Origin: an uncultured Candidatus Saccharibacteria bacterium
Lineage (GTDB): Bacteria > Patescibacteriota > Dojkabacteria > CAZCSM01
NCBI GenBank assembly: GCA_964501355.1
Contig: CAZCSM010000001.1
Coordinates: 10,873-74,872, forward strand
Direction of reading: 5' to 3'
Length of the DNA stretch: 64,000 nucleotides
The position numbers were made by a program, and so were the translations under genes. The notes below the pieces were generated by a model, which did not search any database, had not been told where the DNA came from, and saw only the letters and a list, made by a program, of their open reading frames with translations. Positions 1-9,420 of this stretch are shown here, in pieces (the first letter of the stretch is position 1; each line of letters begins with the position of its first letter).

Positions 1-2218
1 AATTGTCCCTGTGTATTGTGGACTTGTCGTAATCAGGTTTCCATTTACATATATCCTGAGGTATCCACTGCTATCAATATTTCCAACGACGTAACTCCAT
101 GCATTCAAAGGAACAACACTCGCTGCTGTTGTGAGCGAACGTTGTGTTCCTGCTACACTAACACTAAAGGTCAGACCTCCGGTGCTTCGAAATGAAAAAT
201 AAGGCAGGTTCTTCGACATTATCATACCGTGGGCCGCCGGATATGCAGTAGGATAAATCCAAGCAGAGTAGGTTACCCCGGATGTGGTAGCAGCATATTC
301 TGAGCGATCTCCGGTGTCAACATAATCATTAGTCCCATCAAAATCTAATGCCGTTCCATTCACGCCTTGTATCCAGTCTGTTGACTCATCCATATTAATC
401 ATCATGCCGTTCATCTCTTGGTACATTGCAGATATTTGATCTGATGTAAGCGCATAATTATATAACCGCACATCGTCAATAACACCATCATAGAAATTAG
501 ATGCTGTCGTGCTGGAATTTATTGCTCCGATATGGAATCTCTTAGTTGTATCTTGAAGTGATGTGGGTATCCTTGTTGCATCGGTTGAGGTTGCGAGTAT
601 AACTCCGTTTACAAGTAAATCCATGCGCGGTATCGAAGGATTGTAAATGCCAACAACATGATACCAGGAACCAACGGTCAGATTTAAAGAGGTCGTTCCT
701 ATTGCCTCTTTTAATTTAAGACTCTCATTTTCAACATAAAAGCGCACTTCATCACCAAATTGAGTCAGTCTGTAATCATCCCTGGCATCATACTTTGCTG
801 CAATTGTGAAGTATGTTGATGCTGTTACCGATTCTGGTTTTATCCAAGCAGATAAAGTTAATGCTCCTGTAATCGATAGCGACGTACTATCTGCCATATA
901 AATATATTGTGAGCTAGTTGATTCGAAATCTCTTGAATAACCTAAGCTTCCAACAACAGCTACGGGTGTAGCAACTAAAGTTCCATCATTATTATTCTGT
1001 GTTTCGTCATATGCTGTTGTTCCGTTTGTCTCGTCTAATTTCCATCTGGCAACATAATCTCTCGGTGCTTGTGTACTTGAATTGTTGAATGCAGTTGTAC
1101 CATAACCTTCATCAAATGATAGATGGAGAATTGGTTCTTTTGAAACTTCTTCTGTTCCTAATGCATTTATCGTTGGTTCTGTTGCCGCATATGCACGCGC
1201 AAGAAAAAAATCATAATAGGCCTCTGCTTCATATTGCATTGCTCCCATTCCTCCTGTTTGTGAAGAAGCTGTTACTGTGGAAAAATAAGTACTATCACGA
1301 TATGCCATTGAGCTTGTGCTACTTGCAACCGTTTCTAGAACGTACCAAACATTCTGGCTTGAGGTCACCGTTCCGTTTGCGGATACTCCATTTCCTGAGT
1401 GAAGATAATCCACGCTTGCGCCTTCAAAGGCAAAATACCATTGTTGCGTTGGAGCTGCATTTGTCGTTACATTCGGTATTGTTCGGAAACTCATTCCTGT
1501 ACGTGTTGCCGTAGTTAAATAATATCCGGTTTGTTTTACTCTGGATCTGAATACGGCTTCAGTTAGATTGGATTCTTTGACAAAATATGCCCACATACCA
1601 TATCCATAGTTGTTATCTATAAAAAGCTGATTGTCGACGATAGAATACGCTGGTGGCGAAACCATACCCAAATTTGTTGTGTAATTCTTTGTCCAGCCTT
1701 GTGTTTCGAGGCTTGCAATTGATTCTCCAACAAAATCCTCAAACATGAGAAAGGTTTCTTTTCCATTACTCCCAATTGGTGCAGTTGGGTTTCCGTAATA
1801 CATATATATTTCTTTGCCGGGAGCATTTATTCTGTTCACTTCTACCCAAATATCTGTTGTGGTCGTATTACATCCGCTTTCAATCCAATAATCATATTGA
1901 ACACCATCGGCTCCGGCAAACCTTAAATCATCGCAATCACTTTGTAATTTTCCTGCCGTTACTAAAGCAGAAGTGTTTACATCATTTAGTAGAACCTGAT
2001 AATTTTCCAAACTTGTCACACCAGAGTATTGGATTGCGATTCTTTGTCGATATCTCCACGAGCTTTCCCACCATGCAGCCTCGGTTTTCTGAGGCTTGTT
2101 TAGAAAGAGTAAGGTGGTAGTTAAACTGAAAAAAGATAGTCCAACAACTCCGGCAAAAGTGCGGAGACGGATGTTCCTTTTCTCAAATTTTGTTTTGTTT
2201 TCTTTGTTATTTATCAAC
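1..2218 (-). CDS. Partial (C-terminus off-window) giant secreted/membrane-anchored protein with DUF2341-like domain and multiple LamG/ConA-like lectin jelly-roll repeats; likely GTG/TTG start at about 2218/2215
   Basis: I translated the reverse complement by hand and found a continuous frame with no stops from about 2218 to position 1. The N-terminus is KTKFEKRNIRLR followed by a TM helix (TFAGVVGLSFFSLTTTLLFL). It continues KLQSDCDDLRFAGADGVQYDYWIESGCNTTTTDIWVEVNRINAPGKEIYMYYGNP, which is DUF2341-like. It then carries repeated LamG-like units, for example GALTLSAWIKP...FHIGA...FYDGVIDDVRLYNYALTSDQISAMY. There is no in-frame ATG, and the track missed it for that reason. The plus-strand track ORFs 1089..1514 and 1776..2120 are shadows of this gene. 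Confidence 0.6.
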
Positions 2219-2359
2219 ACTCTATCTTTGTCAAAGTTTTGTTATTGTTCGGATTTCCCTCTAAGAAGAGGGGTGGCTGAACGAAGTGAAGCCGGGGTGT
2301 GTTTCTTGTATTACTTATTACACCTTCCAACCTTTGCTTCGCAAAGCCCACCTTCCCTA

Positions 2360-2779
2360 CTAGGAAGGATTTCTCCCTTCCCCTCCAGTAAGAGGGGATT
2401 GAGGGGTGTATTTTTGATAATTCAATATCCAACCTTCTAATTCAAATATAACTTCTTCTAAATTATTTAAAATATCTCCCTCATTGAACCTTAATACGGT
2501 CAAACCTTTACTTTCCAATCTTTTCTGCCTTTTAACATCATCATCACAACGGTCATTATTATCATGTAATCTTCCATCTATTTCGATTACTAACATTAAT
2601 TGATTGCAAAAGAAATCTGCAATATAGTCGAGTATTGGCTTCTGTCTTATAAATTTGTAACCCAACATTTGCTTTTGCCGCAAGTACCTCCAAAGTTGAA
2701 TTTCACCGTATGTCATATTTTTCCTTAACTTTATTGCTAGAGGTTTCAGTTTTGGGTTGTAATAAATTCTTTTATTCAT
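2360..2779 (-). CDS. DUF559 (Vsr-like) endonuclease domain protein
   Basis: The motifs YGEIQLWRYLRQKQMLGYKFIRQKPILDYIADFFCNQLMLVIEIDGRLH...DVKRQKRLESKGLTVLRFNEGDI match the DUF559 family. The C-terminal 15 or so residues are encoded by the flanking repeat and may be spurious. Confidence 0.6.
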   Translation of the reverse strand: MNKRIYYNPKLKPLAIKLRKNMTYGEIQLWRYLRQKQMLGYKFIRQKPILDYIADFFCNQLMLVIEIDGRLHDNNDRCDDDVKRQKRLESKGLTVLRFNEGDILNNLEEVIFELEGWILNYQKYTPQSPLTGGEGRNPS

Positions 2780-2836
2780 AGAATTAAGGTTTCTACACCT
2801 TCCGTCAAATTTCTTCGAAATTTGCCACCTTCCTTT

Positions 2837-5800
2837 TTAGGAAGGATTTTTCTGTTCATCAATCGACTTTACCAACCACCAATCAAACTCTATGTCATGT
2901 CCACAAGTGTTTTCTTTTTCAAGGGTAACTGTAAATCCGATGTTCGTTTCTTTTCCTAAAACATACAAGTTATTTCCACAAAGTGGGGTAGTTGCTGTAA
3001 TCATAATTTGTGTGTTTCCATCGATGCTTCCATTTTCAATCTTAACCTGTTCGAAAGCTAATAATTCTTCTTCTGTTAAATTCCTCTCTTGATTTTGTAC
3101 ATCAATTGGCAGATTTTCAGTAACCATAAGAGGGATGAAAGAATGCCCCGCATTTGCACTGATTATATTTCCTTCTACTTGTATATCTGATTTTACAGTC
3201 AATTTGTATTCTGCTTTTAAGACAAGTTCTCCTTCGCTAGATAACTCTAACATTTGTGCAAGAGGGGATAATTCCTCCAGAGCATCAATTCTCAACTTTT
3301 GTTCTTCGATTGCAACCAATATCGCAGAATCATCGTAAACATAAACATTCCCTTGCTTTTCTTTAAGTAGTTCTATTTCGTGATTTTGATTTTGTATTGC
3401 TTTAAGCAACGGTGTGACCAAGTATGAATATTGTACTGTCTCAGGTGTACCTTGCTCGTTGTAGCTCACTAATTCTTTTTGCACATTCTCTACTTCTTCT
3501 GCTATTAAACCCCATGAATGTACTCCATCTGCTATAAAATCAAACTCAACTGGTCTTAAATCATAAAGCCAACCGACATCATTTATGTCGATAACATTTT
3601 CTTTATATCGAATTGAAGAGGAAATATAACCCAATTGACCTGTTGATGAAATATATAGATCTCTACCTGTAGAAAAGTAATCTCCATAAACTTGTGGCAT
3701 GAATACTTCTCCGCCAGTTCCAATTTTGAAATCTATTGCTGTAGCCCAATCTATTCCTCGTCCAATTCTGTAAGTTCCATCATCTACACCAACAGTCGAA
3801 GAATCATATACTCCTGTTGCCCAAGTTAGCGCTGCTGTTGCAAAGTGTAATGAAGCAATATTTGCTTCAGATTGTATCATTACACCCGGCCCCGTCACTT
3901 TCCCGTCATTATAAACATGCAGTTGATATGTGGGTGAAGTGTTAAATATACCAACTGAACCATCATTTAAAATAGTTATTGCTTCTCTTCCTCCATTATT
4001 CCCCACTAGAAAGTGCATATCCGCGCCTGTTGTTCCTATTCCTGTTGTTGTCTGTAAATATAAATCTGATGTGGTTGCGGTTCCTCCTATAACTTTCGGG
4101 GTTCGAATGTCTGTTGTGAATGTTGGAGATGTGGCTAATACAAATAGTCCTGTTCCAGTTTCATCAGTTATTCGACCTGCCCAGTTTGCAGATGTTGTTG
4201 CATCTATATTACTGTAAACGTGATTATGACTGTCATCTACGACGGCCGTTGTAATTGCGGTTGTACCCGAACCAGTAACATCGCCAGATAATGTAATGGT
4301 TTGATTTTCGGTCAAAAGTCCAAGTGCAGAAATAACCTGTGCGGGTGTAGATGGTCGGATATAATTGTTTGAAACAGTATCAACCTGAGTCATAATATAT
4401 CCAATTGTCGCGTTCGTAGTATCATACTCCGAACGGAATAAACGACTATTAATGTCACCAGAACCGTTCCGAACGGCTACCGTACTTCCAGTAGAACTTT
4501 CACTTGAATCGTAACCATCCAGTAAATCTGCATTGAGATTTGTAAATTTAGTGGTTGCAGAAACAGTGTGTGGTATTAATGCCCCGCTAGAATTAAACCT
4601 TTCGTTTCCTGCAATATATAAACTTGAGGAAACTAATAAATCATCATCAACCACAACATCTCCTGTTCCTTTGCTTCTTAAAACAACGTCATATGCTTCG
4701 TAGCTATCTCCGGCTTCGATGTAAAGTGCTCCATTTGAGCTTACCGTTGAAGCAATCATGTTGCTGAAGAATAGATCTTGTGTGATCTCCACATCTCCAA
4801 CATTGTTAAACGAAGCGGGAACATCAACATTCATTTGCGTGTTCGAGACACGAATGATATTATCTCCGGCATTGTTCTGTACTCTTAGAAAATCTGTGCT
4901 ACCTGATTGCCCTTTTATGTCTAATGTATAAGCTGGCAAAGCGGTGCCAATTCCCAGTAGCTTGTTTGTATTATCCCAGAAAAAAGCTGCGTTATCTTGA
5001 GATAGAACACCATCTGTTCCAGCAAAAACAACACTTCCTACGGTGAAGTTTGTATCGATAGTGTTTGTAATAATTGAATTTGCAGTAATGTTCCCGCTCG
5101 AATCAAGCGTTGCATTTACTGAGTTTACAATGCTTGTCCCATTAAAATATGTAATTCCGGAATTTGAGAATGATGATGAGTTTGTTCCTCCATTTGCGAT
5201 CGGTAAGATTCCTGACACATCTGTTGTCAGGGCAACATCATTTCCACCGCTTAATACACCACTGGCATTATTTTTTACAAAACCGGCAACTGTCATTCCG
5301 CTAAAGGTAATTGTTCCGGAAGATGTTATTCCTGTTGCAGCAGCAATTGCCCCACTTGAGTTGACCTGGAACAAATCTCCATTCCCAACTGTTAATAGTG
5401 CAAGAGGGGAAGTGTCTCCGATACCGACGTTACCTATTTGTTCCAAATGAACGTCACTGTACGCAAGAATGACATTGCCATTAGTTTTTCCTTTTCCGCC
5501 AGAAATATACACCGTCCCAGCGTTCCCTCCGCTCAGAACACCTGTGGGCGAATCTCCTGCGTATAGCTTGAGATATCCTCCCTGTCCTCCAGTGGATGTG
5601 AAATTGGATCTACCTCCACCTGCACCGCTCTGTATAGTTATGTCTCCACCGGCGCCAGCCCCTTCCGAGTTCGTACTAAAGCCATCTCCACCGACAATGC
5701 TTATGTTGTCACCTTGTCCTCCACTTACATTTCCGTTCCCTCCGAGTATCTTTAGAACATAATTTCCGCTCCCTCCGCTTCCAAGTAAATCAAGTTTAGC

Positions 5801-6442
5801 GGTCAATGAGCTGGTTTTTCCAATTCCTACATTTCCTCCGTCTTCTACAAATAATCCATTTCCTCCATCGTCATAAAGCGCTAGGCCTCCAGCATCTCTA
5901 GCGGACATTCCATCTCCGTATATAATTGCGTTATCAATTAGGTTAATATCACCCTGTGCATCAAGCAAAAGGACATTATTTGCTGCAGTACCTGCATCTG
6001 CGCCATCAAGCAGATCTGCGTTTATTGAGTATGCCGCAGAAGTTAAATGCTGTCTTGGTGATAACGTTTCTCCTCCAGAAGAACATGAACTTGATGTATT
6101 TACATAGACCTGTAAATAATAATCGTAAACATCAAAATCAATATTTAGAGTATCTGCCGAACCGACTTCGGCAGAGAATACCCCGTTTGATGTTGTGATT
6201 GATGTTGGAGTGGGTGTGCTTGCTGGCCAAACTTGAGATCCTGCACCTACTGTTGAATTATCCCAAATTGAGAAACAAATGTAATATGTTCCTGTTAATA
6301 AATTATCAGAAGAGTCCATTAGCCGCCCCTGGTAATTCAGTCTTCGAGGAACTGTATCGGCAGCAGTTGATTTAACAGTAACAATAACTGTTAAAATTAG
6401 TATCGAAAGTAAAATTGTGATCGTCTTTTTTATTAACCTCAT
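2837..6442 (-). CDS. 1201-aa secreted Gly-rich beta-helix/fibre-like surface protein with C-terminal peptidase S74 (intramolecular chaperone auto-processing) domain
   Basis: There is an N-terminal signal peptide (ILLSILILTVIVTV). The conserved N-terminal module is LNYQGRLMDSSDNLLTGTYYICFSIWD...SPRQHLTSAAYSINADLLDG. Long Gly/Ser/Thr-rich repeats follow (GGNVGIGKTSSL..., SGAGGG...). Near the C-terminus, ISSSIRYKENVIDINDVGWLYDLRPVEFDF...LVTPLLKAIQNQNHEIELLKEKQ matches the S74 tail-spike/endosialidase chaperone domain. Confidence 0.75.
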   Translation of the reverse strand: MRLIKKTITILLSILILTVIVTVKSTAADTVPRRLNYQGRLMDSSDNLLTGTYYICFSIWDNSTVGAGSQVWPASTPTPTSITTSNGVFSAEVGSADTLNIDFDVYDYYLQVYVNTSSSCSSGGETLSPRQHLTSAAYSINADLLDGADAGTAANNVLLLDAQGDINLIDNAIIYGDGMSARDAGGLALYDDGGNGLFVEDGGNVGIGKTSSLTAKLDLLGSGGSGNYVLKILGGNGNVSGGQGDNISIVGGDGFSTNSEGAGAGGDITIQSGAGGGRSNFTSTGGQGGYLKLYAGDSPTGVLSGGNAGTVYISGGKGKTNGNVILAYSDVHLEQIGNVGIGDTSPLALLTVGNGDLFQVNSSGAIAAATGITSSGTITFSGMTVAGFVKNNASGVLSGGNDVALTTDVSGILPIANGGTNSSSFSNSGITYFNGTSIVNSVNATLDSSGNITANSIITNTIDTNFTVGSVVFAGTDGVLSQDNAAFFWDNTNKLLGIGTALPAYTLDIKGQSGSTDFLRVQNNAGDNIIRVSNTQMNVDVPASFNNVGDVEITQDLFFSNMIASTVSSNGALYIEAGDSYEAYDVVLRSKGTGDVVVDDDLLVSSSLYIAGNERFNSSGALIPHTVSATTKFTNLNADLLDGYDSSESSTGSTVAVRNGSGDINSRLFRSEYDTTNATIGYIMTQVDTVSNNYIRPSTPAQVISALGLLTENQTITLSGDVTGSGTTAITTAVVDDSHNHVYSNIDATTSANWAGRITDETGTGLFVLATSPTFTTDIRTPKVIGGTATTSDLYLQTTTGIGTTGADMHFLVGNNGGREAITILNDGSVGIFNTSPTYQLHVYNDGKVTGPGVMIQSEANIASLHFATAALTWATGVYDSSTVGVDDGTYRIGRGIDWATAIDFKIGTGGEVFMPQVYGDYFSTGRDLYISSTGQLGYISSSIRYKENVIDINDVGWLYDLRPVEFDFIADGVHSWGLIAEEVENVQKELVSYNEQGTPETVQYSYLVTPLLKAIQNQNHEIELLKEKQGNVYVYDDSAILVAIEEQKLRIDALEELSPLAQMLELSSEGELVLKAEYKLTVKSDIQVEGNIISANAGHSFIPLMVTENLPIDVQNQERNLTEEELLAFEQVKIENGSIDGNTQIMITATTPLCGNNLYVLGKETNIGFTVTLEKENTCGHDIEFDWWLVKSIDEQKNPS

Positions 6443-6576
6443 AGAGGCAGTTTGTATTCGTAAAACAGATAGTTTTTCACATATTCAATATAGAGGATTT
6501 TTAACGTGGGGGCAACGATTCTATTGATTGATAAGAATCATGATGATACATTGTAAACAGGTAATGCTATTAATTT

Positions 6577-7308
6577 ATGTGCCAGATTCTAATGCCTGAA
6601 GTAACTCATGGAGAATTATCACGTCCTGATGTAATGATTTATGAGCCCTATTCAAAAGAAGGTCCATTCAAAAAATTTCGTAATGGATTGAGGACTCTTT
6701 TTAAACCTAATCCCGAAAAAGGGAAATCCTTTGAGCTTAAAGGTGTTGCAAAACCCGCGGTTCCTAGTGATTTTGCAAAAGTTGAGAATGGAATGCTTGT
6801 AATAACGGACGCGATTCGTTTGGAACGTGCTCCAGAAAACGTAAGAGATTATGCTAATCGGAGAGAAAAAGACTTGAGGGGGGGTACTTTTGAGGTTCAA
6901 GATTGCATAGTTATTCGTTGGAAAGGAAATATGGATAATCCTCCGGAGGAGGTTAAAGCTCTTGGTACGGTTCTAACAGCAGCTATGGCTAGTATGAGCA
7001 ATATTCCTCGTGTAGTAACTGTAGATTTAGGAATTCCTCAGACAAGAATTAGAACTTCTCCTGTTTTTGACCTTGCGGATGGGGTTTCTTTCACTCAACG
7101 GGTTCAACGAGGTGGTGTTGAGGAAGAACTCTGTGCTAATGCGTTACCAATAGTTTTTTCAAAGGGAGTTCGAGGGGTTGGTCAGGAGCAGTACGATGCA
7201 TGGATGAGTGATTTAGGCAAGGCTATTCACGAAGCTGCAGGTACGGTTGGTGGACAAGGTGATGTTTCTTGGGAAATGGTCTCCGCAGAAACTAGCGCGG
7301 CTAGTTAA
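6577..7308 (+). CDS. Hypothetical protein (243 aa), no recognisable domain; appears GC-richer than its surroundings
   Basis: This is a long intact ORF. I recognised no motifs. By eye the composition is about 45 to 48 percent GC against a low-GC background. Confidence 0.4.
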   Translation: MCQILMPEVTHGELSRPDVMIYEPYSKEGPFKKFRNGLRTLFKPNPEKGKSFELKGVAKPAVPSDFAKVENGMLVITDAIRLERAPENVRDYANRREKDLRGGTFEVQDCIVIRWKGNMDNPPEEVKALGTVLTAAMASMSNIPRVVTVDLGIPQTRIRTSPVFDLADGVSFTQRVQRGGVEEELCANALPIVFSKGVRGVGQEQYDAWMSDLGKAIHEAAGTVGGQGDVSWEMVSAETSAAS

Positions 7309-7393
7309 TTCTTTTTGGACTTAAAGAAATCTATTTGGGACTTTTTTGAAGTAACTTTGTTACTTTATGAAAAGATCTTCGTATTTCTAGATA

Positions 7394-8053
7394 ATGAAAG
7401 CTTTTATTATAAATAAAAAAATAATAAGGAAAACTATTCTAATTGGAATTCTATTAACAATCATTTACTTCTTAATTCTTCCCATTCGAATCGTTCAATC
7501 CGGGCGAAAACAAGTATTTCAGGATCTGGAAAGTGTTGGGAATTATGAAGTCGGAATTGTTTTTGGAGCTGGTGTAAAAGAAGATGGACAACCTCACGAT
7601 ATGCTTCGCGATAGATTAATTGTCGCTGCTGATTTATACAATGATGGAAAGATCAAGAAAATTTTAGTTTCAGGTGATAATCGCTTTGAAAATTACAACG
7701 AACCGCAGGCGATGTATGATTACTTGATCGAAGAATTTGGAATTCCAGATGAGGATATTTATCGGGATTACGCTGGTCGAAGAAGTTACGATACTTGTGC
7801 AAGAGCAAAGGAGATATTCGGTGTCGAGAAGGCATTATTGATTACACAAGGTTATCACTTACCTCGAACTATTTACACTTGTGAAAAACTTGGCATAGAG
7901 AGTGAAGGAATTTCTGGAACTTTGGAACCTTATATTGGTGAGGAATATTATAAACTGCGAGAAATTGCAGCGATTTATAAAGCGTGGTTTGACGTAAATA
8001 TTTGGTCTCCGGTTTATGTTGGGGGAGAAGTGGAAGAAGACCTTACGGATTAA
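7394..8053 (+). CDS. sanA: SanA/YdcF/ElyC family (DUF218) membrane protein
   Basis: It has an N-terminal TM helix. GIVFGAGVKEDGQPHDMLRDRLIVAADLYNDGKIKKILVSGDN...DYAGRRSYDTCARAKEIFGVEKALLITQGYHLPRTIY matches the DUF218 consensus. Confidence 0.7.
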   Translation: MKAFIINKKIIRKTILIGILLTIIYFLILPIRIVQSGRKQVFQDLESVGNYEVGIVFGAGVKEDGQPHDMLRDRLIVAADLYNDGKIKKILVSGDNRFENYNEPQAMYDYLIEEFGIPDEDIYRDYAGRRSYDTCARAKEIFGVEKALLITQGYHLPRTIYTCEKLGIESEGISGTLEPYIGEEYYKLREIAAIYKAWFDVNIWSPVYVGGEVEEDLTD

Positions 8054-8280
8054 ATTTCAAATTACCAATTTCCAATAACCAATGAATACAAAATATAGAA
8101 TCTGGAATTTAGAATTTGGCGAAGAAAGAATTTGGTAGCTAGGTAGCTGGTAGTTAGGGAGAATAAAAAAGGTGTCATTCCGAGTGAGCCCCGAGAATCG
8201 GGGCGAATCGAGGAATCTAGCGAAGAGAAAAAGAATTATGAGTTATGAATTTTGAATATGGAATTTGGCGAAGAGAATCT

Positions 8281-8502
8281 TCACCCTTCCACATAATCCC
8301 CCGGGTTATCTAATACAGCTTCAACGCCTTCTCTCCAATACCCGCGACTATTGGTTCCTTCTAAAGCCCTTCTCCAACCAGATATGTTTCCTAATATTGA
8401 GGTTATCGCTCTGCTAAGACCCCCTCCTCTTGGGCTTCGATCAGCAAGTGCATTTAAAGCGTCTTCCGTTGTTGCTGTCAAAACATCATCTGGTTTCTTC
8501 AT
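8281..8502 (-). CDS. Small hypothetical protein (73 aa), GC-rich, flanked by imperfect inverted repeats
   Basis: This ORF sits in a 590-bp intergenic region with higher GC than its neighbours. Repeats flank it (see findings). There is no domain I recognise. Confidence 0.25.
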   Translation of the reverse strand: MKKPDDVLTATTEDALNALADRSPRGGGLSRAITSILGNISGWRRALEGTNSRGYWREGVEAVLDNPGDYVEG

Positions 8503-8646
8503 TTTTTAATTTCTCTTAATGTTAAATTCCTATCTGCTAGCTACAAACTACCGATTATTCGTTACCAACTACCAATTCTTATTCTTTCTCCACAATCTCT
8601 TCACATTTTGGAGTATAATGTAAATACTTAATTATGTATAGATTCC

Positions 8647-9354
8647 GTGTCAAACATGGAACGACAGCTGTATATGGCAACTATTCTCGTCGTAGAAGAT
8701 GACAATGAAATAAGGCAGATTGAAAAGGATTACCTCGCCCGTGAAGGCTACGAGGTTCTTGAATCGGATGATGGCGATGATGCTCTCGATGTGTTTCGAG
8801 AGTCAAAACCGGATTTAGTTGTTCTTGATCTTAATCTTCCTTTTCTTGACGGTGTCGAGGTTTGTAAAGAGATTAGAAAGAGTTCCGGCGTTCCAATTAT
8901 TATGGTTACTGCAAGAACGAAAGAAATAGATGAACTTATTGGTTTGGAAGTAGGGGCGGATGATTATTTGAAGAAACCATTTAGTCCGAAGATTCTTGTT
9001 GCACGCGTACAAGCTTTACTCAAAAGGCCAGAATATATTAATGACAGCAAAGTAATTAATATCGGTAATTTGAGTATAGATCTGGAAAAACGGCTCGTTC
9101 ATAAATCCGGAGAACTCATCAATTTAACAACAACTCAATTCAATATTCTTTCGCTTATGGCGATTAATAAGGGAAGAGTTTTTGAAAGATATGATTTAAT
9201 TGAACGCGTTAGTGATGATATGCCGGATATTTTTGACAGAACGATTGATTCTCATATCAAGAATATTCGTAAATTAATAGAGGCTGACTCGAAAAATCCT
9301 AAATATATTTTAACGGTGAGGGGAAAGGGTTATAGGTTTTGTGACAATTTTTAA
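8647..9354 (+). CDS. OmpR/PhoB-family response regulator (receiver + winged-helix)
   Basis: The receiver motifs are ILVVEDDNEIR, DLVVLDLNLPFLDG and KKPF. The C-terminal trans_reg_C motif is LTVRGKGYRF. Confidence 0.85.
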   Translation: MSNMERQLYMATILVVEDDNEIRQIEKDYLAREGYEVLESDDGDDALDVFRESKPDLVVLDLNLPFLDGVEVCKEIRKSSGVPIIMVTARTKEIDELIGLEVGADDYLKKPFSPKILVARVQALLKRPEYINDSKVINIGNLSIDLEKRLVHKSGELINLTTTQFNILSLMAINKGRVFERYDLIERVSDDMPDIFDRTIDSHIKNIRKLIEADSKNPKYILTVRGKGYRFCDNF

Positions 9355-9420
9355 ACATTGAACTTCCTTAGTCAATATATTTAAATGCTGTATTGAAAAA
9401 TTAATAAATATCTCTAATGA

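Noticed and set aside
1089-2440. Plus-strand ORFs 1089..1514, 1776..2120, 2096..2440 and minus 1617..1826 from the ORF track
   Set aside because: They lie inside or opposite the long minus-strand DUF2341/LamG reading frame or the repeat region. Their translations are low-complexity, Leu/His-rich and motif-free, so they are shadow ORFs.
2892-6198. Plus-strand ORFs inside the 1201-aa fibre gene (2892..3092, 3135..3338, 3930..4217, 5043..5450, 5469..5762, 5956..6198)
   Set aside because: They are antisense to a well-supported long CDS with S74 and Gly-repeat motifs. Their Pro/Val-rich translations are the typical antisense image of Gly/Thr-rich codons.
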